Positions 9,451-19,446 of a stretch of 64,000 nucleotides of DNA are shown piece by piece; position 1 is the first letter of the stretch; each line of letters opens with the position of its first letter. Source of the stretch: Prevotella sp. (GTDB lineage: Bacteria; Bacteroidota; Bacteroidia; Bacteroidales; Dysgonomonadaceae); assembly GCA_031285625.1 (NCBI GenBank), contig JAITVV010000007.1:64001-128000 (forward strand), in the 5' to 3' direction. The position numbers and the translations under genes are program-made. The notes beneath the pieces are model-generated. The model ran no database searches and was not told the origin of the DNA. It saw nothing but the letters and a program-made list of their open reading frames with translations.

Positions 9451-10650
9451 TTATTTTTTCACAAAACGTAATGCTATATCTCTGTCTTCAGCTCTTTTTG
9501 CTTCAGATTCGGAAGCACTATGTTTTGCAAATTCATCTCCATATCCCTGAACTTTAACAATCTGGGAACCTACTCCCCTCTTCTCAAGCAATGATTCTAT
9601 TGTTTTTGCCCGTTCCTGCGAAACTTTCAAGTTAGCTGCTTCAGTTCCTTTCTTATCAGCAAAAGCTGCTATTTTAATTCTAGCGTCCTTATAATTCTTC
9701 AAAATAGAAGCAATATTATCCAATTGAGTTTCAGATTCCGGCTTTAATTCGGTAGAGCTTCCAAATCCAAATGCAATATTGTCAAATTCAAACCATTTCT
9801 CTTTGAGCTCACTGTCTTTTGCTTTTTTATATTCATCAGATTGCAGGAACTTTACCATAGCATCTTCTACTCCTTTTTCATATACATTTATTTTTGTACT
9901 ATCAGGTAATCTCAATACATTAGACGCTCTGTTCGCTGAAGATGAAGATTGTTGAGAAGTAGGAGTTTGAGCTATAGTGTCTGTGGTAGCCACCTGTTCA
10001 ACAGGTCTTTCGGTCTCATTACTCCGACAAGATCTCCAACCCCAAAGAAGTAAGAGTAATAAGACGACAAGTACCACCCATATAACCCAATTATTCTTTT
10101 TATCTTCTTTTTTTGTATCTGTATTTAATACAGATGAGAGCCCGAATGATTTAATCAAATCAGAGGGAATCATTCCTATTAAGTCATTCTTCTCACTCCT
10201 TATTTCGTTCAGTAACATTGACATAGTCTTATTCTCCTTCACTAACTTATTACCTAGAAATCCGCAAAACAAAGGGGCAATCATAGCTATAAGTTTGTTT
10301 GCTGCTACATTTGATATTCCATTATTTTTTGCAATTGGATCTGTAAAGTCGACAGCTTTGTCACCTAAAAGGTGTTGCAAAAAATCATCACCGATTTTAA
10401 GCTGTTCGAGAGTTGGTTGCTCAGCCCATAATTCTCTGAATTCAAGAAGTAAATTTCGTCTACCGGCATCTTCAAGTATATTCATTATCTGTGGAGTACC
10501 TCCGTTCTTTAGCATAACACCTAACAAACTAGCAATAATAGAAGATGAAGTACCCGATATTCTTTCTTCACTTTCATCTAGTACTGTTGCTGCCTTTGAT
10601 ATCATTTCGTGACTTACAAGGCTTCTTAATGAGTTGTAATAATTATTCAT
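9451..10650 (-). CDS. DUF937-like + TM + OmpA C-terminal domain protein
   Basis: Helical N-terminus, WVIWVVLVVLLLLLLW TM segment, FADKKG...NLKVSQERA...GYG...DR OmpA motif. Confidence 0.85.
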   Translation of the reverse strand: MNNYYNSLRSLVSHEMISKAATVLDESEERISGTSSSIIASLLGVMLKNGGTPQIMNILEDAGRRNLLLEFRELWAEQPTLEQLKIGDDFLQHLLGDKAVDFTDPIAKNNGISNVAANKLIAMIAPLFCGFLGNKLVKENKTMSMLLNEIRSEKNDLIGMIPSDLIKSFGLSSVLNTDTKKEDKKNNWVIWVVLVVLLLLLLWGWRSCRSNETERPVEQVATTDTIAQTPTSQQSSSSANRASNVLRLPDSTKINVYEKGVEDAMVKFLQSDEYKKAKDSELKEKWFEFDNIAFGFGSSTELKPESETQLDNIASILKNYKDARIKIAAFADKKGTEAANLKVSQERAKTIESLLEKRGVGSQIVKVQGYGDEFAKHSASESEAKRAEDRDIALRFVKK

Positions 10651-10721
10651 AAGTTATTTATCTTAAGTTATCTGATATGTGAAGAATGTAGGTTGTGAAT
10701 ATCAGTACATAGAATAAAGGA

Positions 10722-11621
10722 CTAACCTAGATGATTTCCGCCTGTAACTCCGAATACTTCTGCTGTTATATAGCTGGATTCTTGTGATGCCAGAAAAACA
10801 TATATTCCAGCCAGTTCTGCTGGTTGTCCGGCTCTTTTAAGAGGCGTTTCTTGTCCAAATTTTGGTAATTTCTCTTGTTGCTGTCCACCACTTATTTGTA
10901 ATGGAGTCCATATAGGACCCGGCGCAACACAATTTACCCTTATACCTTTTGATGCAATTTGTTTTGCCAGTCCACGGGTCAAATTCAAGATAGCACTCTT
11001 TGTTGCTGCATAATCTAACAGGTCAGGACTAGGTTGATATGCCTGAATTGATGAACATGTGATAATTGAAGCTCCGGGAGGCAATAATGGTAAAGCTGCC
11101 TGTACTGTCCAAAATAATGAAAACACATTAATCTTAAATGTATTGGTTAATTGTTCGGTCGTTATTTCCTCTATATCCTTTTTAGATACTTGTTTACCTG
11201 CTATTAAAGCTAAGATGTCTAATCTTCCCAACTTCTCATGGGCTTCTTTAATCATTTGCTTATTAAACTCCTCGTCGCTTAAATCTCCTGGAATAAGTAT
11301 TACTTTTTTTCCTTCTTTTTCCAATAATTTAACGAGCGACTCCGCATCTTTCTGCTCTGATTCCAGATAGTTAATTGCAATATCAGCACCTTCGCGCGCA
11401 TAGGCGATTGCAGTAGCCCTTCCTATACCCGAATCACCTCCGGTTATAAGGGCTTTTCTTCCTTTTAACCTGCCATTGCCGACATAGCTTTCTTCACCAC
11501 AATCAGGAACGGGATCCATTTCACATTGAATACCCGGATATTCCTGAAGTTGTTTTGGAAAACCGTCCTGTCTGTATTGAGTCAGAGGATTTTGCATTTC
11601 GTTTTGTGATTTAATTTCCAT
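10722..11621 (-). CDS. SDR-family oxidoreductase (YghA/general stress protein type)
   Basis: [21 protein letters not shown] and [11 protein letters not shown] motifs. Confidence 0.93.
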   Translation of the reverse strand: MEIKSQNEMQNPLTQYRQDGFPKQLQEYPGIQCEMDPVPDCGEESYVGNGRLKGRKALITGGDSGIGRATAIAYAREGADIAINYLESEQKDAESLVKLLEKEGKKVILIPGDLSDEEFNKQMIKEAHEKLGRLDILALIAGKQVSKKDIEEITTEQLTNTFKINVFSLFWTVQAALPLLPPGASIITCSSIQAYQPSPDLLDYAATKSAILNLTRGLAKQIASKGIRVNCVAPGPIWTPLQISGGQQQEKLPKFGQETPLKRAGQPAELAGIYVFLASQESSYITAEVFGVTGGNHLG

Positions 11622-11651
11622 ATTTTTTGTCTTTAATAATTAATAATCAAT

Positions 11652-12863
11652 TTATTTCCCTCTTTCAAATCCAAAAACTTTTTCTCTTTCATCTTTTACA
11701 CCACTCAGCTTATTTTTTATAAGTTGTGCAGCAATCATACTAAATGTGATACCGTTTCCCCCGTATCCTAATGCATAAAACATTCTTTTTTTGCCTGGCC
11801 AATTTCCTATATATGGTAAGCCATCTTTTGTCGAACTAAATGTCCCGCACCATGCCATATCTGTTTTAAAAGGTATATGAGGAAATAGCTTTTTTATCTT
11901 TCGCTCTAATATTGAAACCTTTTTTCTTAGTAATTCATCCCTTTTTACAGGATTTCGAAATTCTTCATCTTCCCCACCTACTATGATCCGGTTTTTGTTA
12001 TCTGTACGAATATATAAGTACGGCTCTTGGGTTTCCCATATGAGGCTCCGTTTGTGCCATATATACTTTTCATCGACAGGCTCAGATATAATTGCATATG
12101 TAGATGTCAGATTCATTACCTGTTTAGGCAGGAATTTTCCTGCTTCAAACCCTGCAGCAATGATTACATTCTTACACTTAATCTTATACCCGTCTATAGT
12201 AAGCAGTTCATATCCTTTTGGCGTTTCTGAGTATTTATCAACTTCAGTATGTGTAAAAACACTCAGATCATTTTTAGCCATATGATAATCTATGAGATGG
12301 GTAGCAGCTTTATAAGCATCTATCTGAGCCGATACATTATTTTCCAGACTACCCAATGCTTTAATTCCATATTTATTAAGTAATTCCTTTTTATCCAGAA
12401 AGTCCACAGGCAGTTTATGCTTCTTTCTTATCTCGTATTCTTTTTTTATAAGTTTTTCTCCTTTTTTGTTACTGGCATAATATACACTGGGTACTTTTTC
12501 AAAATCGGGATCGAAGTTAATACTCTTGAAAACATTTTCAATATCTGTTATTGACTGTAAACAAGCTTTATAAGCCATTACAGCTAAATTCTCATCTATT
12601 ATTTTTACCATCTCACACAATGGTGTATCAATCTCATATTGCAACAAAGCTGTACTGGCAGTAGAACTACCAGCTGTAATGCTTCGTTTATCAATTAATG
12701 TACATTTCATTCCTGCCCGACATAATTCATGAGCAACTAAAGCTCCTGTAATACCTCCTCCAATAATTACTACATCTGCAGCAATATTGGATTTTAGCGG
12801 ATTAAAATAATTATACAATTGGTTTTTAGCCATCCAATAGGGAAGCCCTGAATACAAATCCAT
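11652..12863 (-). CDS. FAD-dependent oxidoreductase (DAO family)
   Basis: IIGGGITG; STALLQYEID; DGLPYIG; GYGGNGITFS. Confidence 0.9.
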   Translation of the reverse strand: MDLYSGLPYWMAKNQLYNYFNPLKSNIAADVVIIGGGITGALVAHELCRAGMKCTLIDKRSITAGSSTASTALLQYEIDTPLCEMVKIIDENLAVMAYKACLQSITDIENVFKSINFDPDFEKVPSVYYASNKKGEKLIKKEYEIRKKHKLPVDFLDKKELLNKYGIKALGSLENNVSAQIDAYKAATHLIDYHMAKNDLSVFTHTEVDKYSETPKGYELLTIDGYKIKCKNVIIAAGFEAGKFLPKQVMNLTSTYAIISEPVDEKYIWHKRSLIWETQEPYLYIRTDNKNRIIVGGEDEEFRNPVKRDELLRKKVSILERKIKKLFPHIPFKTDMAWCGTFSSTKDGLPYIGNWPGKKRMFYALGYGGNGITFSMIAAQLIKNKLSGVKDEREKVFGFERGK

Positions 12864-12873
12864 AGAGTTACTT

Positions 12874-14316
12874 TTATTTTTTTACCCAAACTGCTACTTT
12901 ACCACCATGTACCTTAAAGAGAGCTTTACCATCATCTCCTATAATAACTTCATCATCAATACTGCCTGTAATTTCGTGCCATGTCTCTCCTTTGTGATGT
13001 TCTCCAACATACATCACTTTATCACCATCTTCCCCGTTTGAAAGAAGCAAAGCTAAACCTGAGTCTTCACGTATATCATCACCTTCACGGGTGAGACCTA
13101 CAGTATTGGGATGATCAAAATAATAATTTTGCTTTCCATAGGCATATCTAGCACGTGCATCAAGAAGAATGTCTAAAATCTTCCGATGCGGAGATTCCTG
13201 ATCCCCCATTTTGTAATAATCTCCATAAAAAATACACGGATATCCTTTTTCCATAAGTAAGATAATACCATAGGCCAAAGGCTTAAACCACGATTTTATC
13301 TGTGACTCCAACGAACTACCATGCTGAGAATCATGATTATCAACAAACGTAACGGCTTTATCAGGGAGCTGAGATACTAATGTTCCATCAGGTAGATTGG
13401 TTAAGTCAAAATCGCGTCCCTGCTGTGAAGCCTGATAGAATTTATAATGTAAGGGTACATCAAACAGATTGAGCTTATGATCAGTGATATCCAAAAATTC
13501 TTGTAATGCATCAAAATCTTCTTTCCAATATTCACCAACAGCAAAAAAGTTATCTCCTCGTTCTGAACGCACTTCATCCATAAATTTCTTAAGAAAATGA
13601 GCATCCATATGTTTGATTGCGTCTAATCTCATTCCATCCAGATTAAGTTCTGTAGAGACCCATCTTCCCCATTTTCCCAATTCTCCAACAACTTCCGGAT
13701 GGTCTAAATCCAGGTCATTGAACATCAGATAGTCGTAGTTGTTATTTTCACCATCTACAGCCTGACTCCAATTCTTGCCTTCACCCAAAATACGATAAAT
13801 AGCAGTCTTTTCATTAGCTGCATTATAGTCAGTACCTGAGAAGTGATACCAGTGCCATTTAAAATCCGAATATTTATCTTCCCTTCCCGGGAAATTATAC
13901 CCTGTATATGCTTCTATTTCATAAGGATCACTTACAGTTTTGGTCCTGTCATCAAAATCTACTTCCTGAGCCATAAATTTTTCAGTGTATTCGCCTCCTG
14001 CTTTATGATTCATTACAGCATCGAGATAAACTGATATCTGATATTTATGCAATTCAGTAATAGCATCAATCAGTTCCTGTTTAGTACCATATTTAGTTCT
14101 TACAGTACCTTTTTGATCAAATTCACCCAAATCGAAAAGATCATAAGTTGCATAACCCTCATCTTCTTGCTCATCAGCTTTATACGCAGGAGGAATCCAT
14201 ACTGAAGTTACACCGATCTCACTCAGATGTTTTGCATCATTTTTCAATTGCTTCCAGAACTTACCATCATTAGGTAAATTCCATTCGAAGTATTGCATCA
14301 TTACACCATTTTTCAT
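12874..14316 (-). CDS. amyA: Alpha-amylase, GH13 (AmyA type)
   Basis: MMQYFEW, GYATYDLFDLGEFDQKG, RLDAIKH, GEYW, FVDNHD; start ATG 14316, no signal peptide. Confidence 0.93.
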   Translation of the reverse strand: MKNGVMMQYFEWNLPNDGKFWKQLKNDAKHLSEIGVTSVWIPPAYKADEQEDEGYATYDLFDLGEFDQKGTVRTKYGTKQELIDAITELHKYQISVYLDAVMNHKAGGEYTEKFMAQEVDFDDRTKTVSDPYEIEAYTGYNFPGREDKYSDFKWHWYHFSGTDYNAANEKTAIYRILGEGKNWSQAVDGENNNYDYLMFNDLDLDHPEVVGELGKWGRWVSTELNLDGMRLDAIKHMDAHFLKKFMDEVRSERGDNFFAVGEYWKEDFDALQEFLDITDHKLNLFDVPLHYKFYQASQQGRDFDLTNLPDGTLVSQLPDKAVTFVDNHDSQHGSSLESQIKSWFKPLAYGIILLMEKGYPCIFYGDYYKMGDQESPHRKILDILLDARARYAYGKQNYYFDHPNTVGLTREGDDIREDSGLALLLSNGEDGDKVMYVGEHHKGETWHEITGSIDDEVIIGDDGKALFKVHGGKVAVWVKK

Positions 14317-14436
14317 ACTAATACTCTTTTTATATTTTGATCTAATTCTGTCGTATAAAGGATAATAAATTATTAGGTAGTTTTTCTTTGTCTTATGGTA
14401 TGAAGTGTAAATCAAGCTCTGATCATACTAATACAA

Positions 14437-14461
14437 AACGCATATAAAATCTATTTTGTTT
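14437..14461 (-). promoter_or_regulatory. Putative ECF-sigma promoter AAAC-N17-CGTT
   Basis: Minus strand aaac-aaaatagattttatatg-cgtt, 120 nt upstream of the amylase start. Confidence 0.45.
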
Positions 14462-14887
14462 AATACCCAGCTAAGACATTCTTTTTTGAACTTTCTGGTT
14501 TTGAGATTGTTATATACAACTAATCTGATTTTTAAGTCTTACCTCGATTAATCTTCAAAATGATCCTATCTAACTAATACTGAATTTAGTATAGAGCTAA
14601 AGAGGTATATTAATAATTCAAAAAAATTAAGTCCACTCTTGAGAAAAATGAATAAATCAAATAGCAAACTTGTTGTTTAATTGTGATTTTTTAACTTAGA
14701 GTTACTGTTCTATAAATGGCATTCATATTCGCTATTCTCCTGATTACATCTATTTCCATCTTTCTTGCGAACCTGGCAATAAAAATGCGATTAAAACTTT
14801 TTTACCATGTTATTTATATAGAATTTTCAGTCATTGGCCCCCTCTCGATATTTAAGAAAGTTTTTACTTGCAGTTTGATAAACTTGT

Positions 14888-14922
14888 TGACATGCTGTTG
14901 TCATCTTCATATAATACTTTTG
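14888..14922 (+). promoter_or_regulatory. TGACA-N6-TGTCA operator plus Bacteroidota -7 box (TACTTTTG)
   Basis: Palindrome at 14888-14903 and TAnnTTTG at 14915-14922, upstream of the VOC/YafY/GyrI operon. Confidence 0.65.
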
Positions 14923-14951
14923 TATGGTAGTTAAACTAAAAACTTTATAAT

Positions 14952-15356
14952 ATGAAAATTAAACCTTATTTGGCTTTTAATGGTAATGCAGAAGAAGCGC
15001 TAAACTTTTATGCCGGAGTATTTAACGGAACTGTCGGAGAAATCTATCGTTATGGAGAATATCAGGAAATGGAAAGCCCTGCAGAATACAAGGACAAAAT
15101 AATCCATTCCTGCCTTACCTTTAGTAGCTGTACCATCAGCATAGCAGACACAATGCCTGGCACAAAATCCGACTTCGGCTCTTTGGGGCATACAATTACA
15201 GTATTTTGCGACACAGATCAACAACTTAAAGATATTTATGCAAAATTATCTGCAAGCGGGCAAATTAAATGCGAACTTTGTGAGCCCAGCTGGGCGAAAC
15301 TATATGCTGAAATTTTAGATAAATTTGGCGTACTTTGGGCACTGATTATAGAATAA
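14952..15356 (+). CDS. VOC family protein (PhnB-like)
   Basis: PYLAFNGNAEEALNFY...IIHS...DKFGVLW. Confidence 0.9.
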   Translation: MKIKPYLAFNGNAEEALNFYAGVFNGTVGEIYRYGEYQEMESPAEYKDKIIHSCLTFSSCTISIADTMPGTKSDFGSLGHTITVFCDTDQQLKDIYAKLSASGQIKCELCEPSWAKLYAEILDKFGVLWALIIE

Positions 15357-15396
15357 CAGTATGCCTCACTGATTCGGATTAAAACAATAAAGCAAA

Positions 15397-16338
15397 GTGG
15401 ATAAAGACCTAAACCGGATTGACCGCATATCGGCACTATTAGTACAATTACAATCGCGACCGATTGTAAAAGCCTCAGAAATGGCAGAACGTTTCTGTGT
15501 GAGTTTACGCACTATCTACCGGGATATGCGAACTCTATCTGAAGCCGGAGTACCTATATGCGGAAATTCGGGAATCGGTTACTCTCTGGTGGAGGGTTAC
15601 AGGTTGCCTTCACTAATGTTTACTAAAGAGGAAGCAATGGCTTTCCTCACTGCCGAAAAAATTATTGAGCAGCTAACCGATACCCAGAACAGCAATTATT
15701 TTCGTCAGGGAATGGATAAAGTCCGTGCGGCATTGCGAGGTGTGGATAAGAAATATCTCCACGATATGGATGATACTATTGCTGTGTATAAAAGCCGGAA
15801 TACAAAGGAAAGTTTACCCAACCTGCTACAAATAATATTAAGTAGTATAAACGATCGGTTAATCGTAGAGATCGACTATATAAATGCTGAAGAAAGTACC
15901 AGTAAAAGATCACTGGAAGCTGTTGGGGTTAGTTATTCACATCCCTGTTGGTATCTTGCAGCATGGTGTCATTTACGAAAAGAATACCGGATGTTCAGGC
16001 TCGATCGTATTAATAATATAAAAATAACGGGTAATGAACAAACTAGAGTGCATCCTCCTTTAGAATCACTTCTTGGATGCGATGTTTCCCAATGTTTGAT
16101 AGAGGTCGTTTTGCTAACAAGCAAAGAGGTATCCAAACGTTTTGCCGACAGGTGCCATTTTATGGGACTGACTAAAGAAAGAGAGCTTGCAAACGGTCAG
16201 ATAGAACAAACCTATATGGCCTATTCTCTCGAAGGTCTGGCAAGGTGGGTATTGGCTAATGCTGATACAACAACAGTGATTAAACCTGTTGAGATAAAAG
16301 ATATTATAAAACAAATTATTAAAAACTTAGACTTATGA
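15397..16338 (+). CDS. YafY-family HTH-WYL transcriptional regulator
   Basis: VSLRTIYRDMRTL HTH, GYSL, WYLAAWCHLRKEYRMFRLDRI. Confidence 0.93.
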   Translation: MDKDLNRIDRISALLVQLQSRPIVKASEMAERFCVSLRTIYRDMRTLSEAGVPICGNSGIGYSLVEGYRLPSLMFTKEEAMAFLTAEKIIEQLTDTQNSNYFRQGMDKVRAALRGVDKKYLHDMDDTIAVYKSRNTKESLPNLLQIILSSINDRLIVEIDYINAEESTSKRSLEAVGVSYSHPCWYLAAWCHLRKEYRMFRLDRINNIKITGNEQTRVHPPLESLLGCDVSQCLIEVVLLTSKEVSKRFADRCHFMGLTKERELANGQIEQTYMAYSLEGLARWVLANADTTTVIKPVEIKDIIKQIIKNLDL

Positions 16339-16808
16339 AAATAAATAGCACTGAAATAAAAAATCTTGAACCGCTTAAAACATTAGCAATTTCACACATT
16401 GGAGATTATGCTGGTATCTGTGGAGCATTTGAAAAATTAGCCGCATGGGCAGAGGCCAATAACCTTTGGGCGGCTGCACCTAAAATGGCAGGTGTCTATC
16501 ACGACCATCCGGAAGATGTACCTGCTGATAAACTTCGCTCAGAGGCTTGTTTGGAAGACTTATCCGGTATTGAACCCGGAGAAGGGATGAAACACTATAA
16601 TATAAGCGGTGGTAAGTATTTTGTGATGCAAGTAGCGGTTACTATGGCGGAATATAATGAAGCTTGGAACAAAGTGTATATTATCCTCCATGAGCAAGGG
16701 TATGAGATTGATACACGAGATCATTATGAGTTATATATAAGTTGTGTTGGTGATACTCAGGATGCTGATGCCCCATGGATAGTAGAATTGCGTATTCCAG
16801 TGAAATAA
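16335..16808 (+). CDS. GyrI-like small-molecule-binding protein
   Basis: HIGDY, GVYHDHP...KLRSEAC, GGKY, YELY, ELRIPVK; ATGA overlap. Confidence 0.88.
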   Translation: MKINSTEIKNLEPLKTLAISHIGDYAGICGAFEKLAAWAEANNLWAAAPKMAGVYHDHPEDVPADKLRSEACLEDLSGIEPGEGMKHYNISGGKYFVMQVAVTMAEYNEAWNKVYIILHEQGYEIDTRDHYELYISCVGDTQDADAPWIVELRIPVK

Positions 16809-16840
16809 ATATCTTTATAATAAAAAGGGAGATTACATAT

Positions 16841-16878
16841 AAAATAGCTGTGCCACTTATATTTAGTACAGCTATTTT
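16841..16878 (+). terminator. Intrinsic terminator
   Basis: aaaatagctgt...acagctatttt followed by a T-run. Confidence 0.65.
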
Positions 16879-16896
16879 TTATATTAATTTTAGCAT

Positions 16897-17373
16897 ATGG
16901 AAACTGAAAAGCCATTGGTAGATAAAAATTACTTATTACAAAAATTTGAAGGTAAAGGGGGTTGGACTTATGTCGAAATACCGGAAATCCCTATGCCTAA
17001 ATCATCTTTTGGAATGCTAAAAATAAAAGGGAAAATAGATGATTATGAGTTTTCGAATGCACACCTGATGCCTTTAGGAAATGGTAATATATTTCTACCT
17101 ATCAAATCTGAAATAAGGAAGAAAATAAAAAAAGAAGCCCCAGATATAGTACATATCGTTCTGTATGAAGACAAAACATCATTGAGAGTGTCCGAAGAGC
17201 TACTTTTATGTATGGAATATGAAGATGGCATTCTGGATAAATTTGAGACTTACACCGATGGTCAGAAAAAGGCATTTATAGATTGGATTAATTCTGCCAA
17301 AACAGAACAGACCAAAGCCGACCGCATAGCTAAAGTAATAGCCATGGTACAAAATGGTGAGAAGTTTTATTAA
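16897..17373 (+). CDS. DUF1905 + YdeI/OmpD-associated domain protein
   Basis: GKGGWTYVEIP, LMPLGNG..FLPIKSEIRK, WINSAKTEQTKADRI. Confidence 0.85.
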   Translation: METEKPLVDKNYLLQKFEGKGGWTYVEIPEIPMPKSSFGMLKIKGKIDDYEFSNAHLMPLGNGNIFLPIKSEIRKKIKKEAPDIVHIVLYEDKTSLRVSEELLLCMEYEDGILDKFETYTDGQKKAFIDWINSAKTEQTKADRIAKVIAMVQNGEKFY

Positions 17374-17419
17374 GTATAATCGCCATAATCATCTAAAACT
17401 ACAAATAATAATAAACAAC

Positions 17420-17767
17420 ATGGAAGACAAAAAAACATCCAAATTCCTGATTATTTATCAGGATATAAATACCGAAGATACTTTTACTCAGGAACAGATA
17501 ATAGATGCCACAAAAGCACATGTAGAACATTGCAGGGAATTGGACTTTAAAGGAATCCTTTTCTTATGCGGACCGTTACTAGGCAAAGAAGAAAAAGGAA
17601 TGTTCATCCTGAACGCTCAATCTTATAAGGAGGCTGAAGAGTATGTATTACGTGATCCGCTTATTGCCCGGAAAGGTTATAATACTTACCTTATCTATGA
17701 GATACAGGAAGCCAACGCTGAAAACAACTATCTTCTGGAGTTTTATACAAATATGGAAATGCAATAA
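17420..17767 (+). CDS. YciI family protein
   Basis: AHVEH...LFLCGPL...GMFIL.A.S..EA...DP; ATG 17420 preferred. Confidence 0.75.
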   Translation: MEDKKTSKFLIIYQDINTEDTFTQEQIIDATKAHVEHCRELDFKGILFLCGPLLGKEEKGMFILNAQSYKEAEEYVLRDPLIARKGYNTYLIYEIQEANAENNYLLEFYTNMEMQ

Positions 17768-17886
17768 GAAGAATATCAAGAAAGCCCTTTTTAAGCTAAA
17801 AAGAAAAACCATTTGAACCAAACAGAAAATCTCTTTGATGAAATACAACCTACCTTTGTATTAGATAAACTATCAAAGAAAAAACT

Positions 17887-18440
17887 ATGAATAAGAAAAG
17901 AATTTTAGTCATCACTGGAAGTCCCAGAAAGAATGGCAATAGTGATATCTTGGCAGAATCCTTCATTGAAGGAGCCCTACAAGCAGGACACACAGTAGAT
18001 CGCTTCGATGGTGGTCGCAAAAAGATCAGGGTGTATAGCCTGTGATAAGTGTTTCACAAAAGGAACTGCATGCGCAGTCAAAGATGATTTCAATGAAGTT
18101 GCACCTCTGATAGCACAAGCCGATATGGTTGTATTCAGTTCCCCGTTATATTACTTTTCTTTTACAGCACAGATAAAAGCAGTCATAGATAAGTTATACT
18201 CATTCAATTCGAGTCCTGAATCGCTCAATGAGAAAGAGTCTGTTTTACTTTCGTGTGGGGAAACAACAGACCTTACCGGACTTCGATGGAATGGTTAAAA
18301 CATACGAAAAAACAATCGATTTTCTGAAGTGGAATGATAGAGGACAAATACTCGTACCTGATGTTTATAACAAGGCCGAAGTAAATACCAAAGGCCAGGG
18401 CTATCTAAAGTTAGCGAAAGAATTAGGACTCAAAGCATAA
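17887..18440 (+). pseudogene. Flavodoxin-family / iron-sulfur flavoprotein gene with two frameshifts
   Basis: Frame 1 from ATG 17887 (ILVITGSPRKNGNSDILA); frame 2 (GCIACDKC...C...SPLYYFSFTAQIKAVIDK); frame 3 (DFDGMVKTY...AKELG); shifts near 18028 and 18278; TACCTTTG promoter at 17851. Confidence 0.8.
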
Positions 18441-18442
18441 TA

Positions 18443-18480
18443 ATCTAAAGCGGAATAGTTTTCTCTAATCCGCTTTAGAT
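18443..18480. terminator. Hairpin terminator between convergent genes
   Basis: atctaaagcgga-N14-tccgctttagat. Confidence 0.7.
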
Positions 18481-18500
18481 CTCCAAAGTATATTGAAAGT

Positions 18501-18839
18501 TTATTCAGGTACATAAATAATCTCTCCATTCTCTAACTCATAAGCAATGCCTACTTTTTTGCCTTTCTTCTGTGATGAAGACTGGTCTTGCGATGGAGTA
18601 TATTTTTCTATTTTATTTCCTTCTTTAGTAATGATTTCCATATTATCCTTTCCCGGATTCTTTACTATAGTATAATCCTCCTGAGTGAAAACCTCTGTCA
18701 TATTCATATGCATCACCATCGCTACCATCAGGGCAACAGCAAATACCATCGCCACATCGAACAGATTGACGATCACACTTAGCGGATCGGTATCTTCTTC
18801 TTTCGAGAATTTACTGATTCTTCTCTGTCTGCGTCTCAT
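18501..18839 (-). CDS. hmuV: DUF2149 protein (HmuV)
   Basis: DPLSVIVNLFDVAMVFAVAL...GIAYELENGEIIYVPE; last gene of the hmu operon. Confidence 0.88.
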   Translation of the reverse strand: MRRRQRRISKFSKEEDTDPLSVIVNLFDVAMVFAVALMVAMVMHMNMTEVFTQEDYTIVKNPGKDNMEIITKEGNKIEKYTPSQDQSSSQKKGKKVGIAYELENGEIIYVPE

Positions 18840-19438
18840 AGTTGTACTTCTTTTTCAGTCAATACTCTCGATACATAATCCAGATTATTCACATCTTTAG
18901 CATACCAGCGTTGTTTAAACTGTAATGTAACCAAACCGACTGCACTGACTACAAGCCCGACTACAGTGGTTGCAAACACAACCTGCATATTGTAAGCCAT
19001 TCCCGAAATGTCACCCGTAGACAGACCTACCAAAGCCGGACTCATTGCAATCAATGTTCCGATAAGCCCAAGTACAGGTCCCATTTTAGCCAATAATTTA
19101 GACAGCGATGTATCTTTTTCGGCTTCATTCTCGAAGTTAGAGATCATGAAGTCGGAATATGCCTCGCTAGGCGTAGTGGTCAATAAATCTCTCATATATC
19201 TTGTAAAAAGGGAATTATCCTTTTCAGGTAATGAGTTTTTCAAAGACTCTATATTTGAAGGATTGAGGTTCTTTATTTTATCATTCAATTCTTTATCATT
19301 CTTTCTTTTTACCATAAACTGATTGTAAAAACTACCTATTAATAAGAGTGAACGGGCAAAGAGAAATAGCAGGATGATAATATCAGGTATAAGTAAACTA
19401 TTCGCTACCCAGAATAATACTTTTGAAATTGCTTCCAT
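18836..19438 (-). CDS. hmuU: MotA/TolQ/ExbB proton-channel family protein (HmuU)
   Basis: GPVLGLIGTLIAM...VFATTVVGL. Confidence 0.9.
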   Translation of the reverse strand: MEAISKVLFWVANSLLIPDIIILLFLFARSLLLIGSFYNQFMVKRKNDKELNDKIKNLNPSNIESLKNSLPEKDNSLFTRYMRDLLTTTPSEAYSDFMISNFENEAEKDTSLSKLLAKMGPVLGLIGTLIAMSPALVGLSTGDISGMAYNMQVVFATTVVGLVVSAVGLVTLQFKQRWYAKDVNNLDYVSRVLTEKEVQL

Positions 19439-19446
19439 TAATAAAT

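Noticed and set aside
9977-10612. 211-aa + strand ORF and the many other short antisense or nested ORFs in the track
   Set aside because: They lie opposite or inside well-supported genes and show no recognisable motifs; treated as shadow ORFs
14716-14934. 72-aa hydrophobic ORF upstream of the VOC gene
   Set aside because: Overlaps the operator and -7 promoter, has AT-driven composition and no family motif; cannot be supported
15397-16338. WYL protein as marker of an anti-phage defence island
   Set aside because: Neighbours are VOC, GyrI and YciI detoxification-type genes; no nuclease, methylase, ATPase or Cas genes are present
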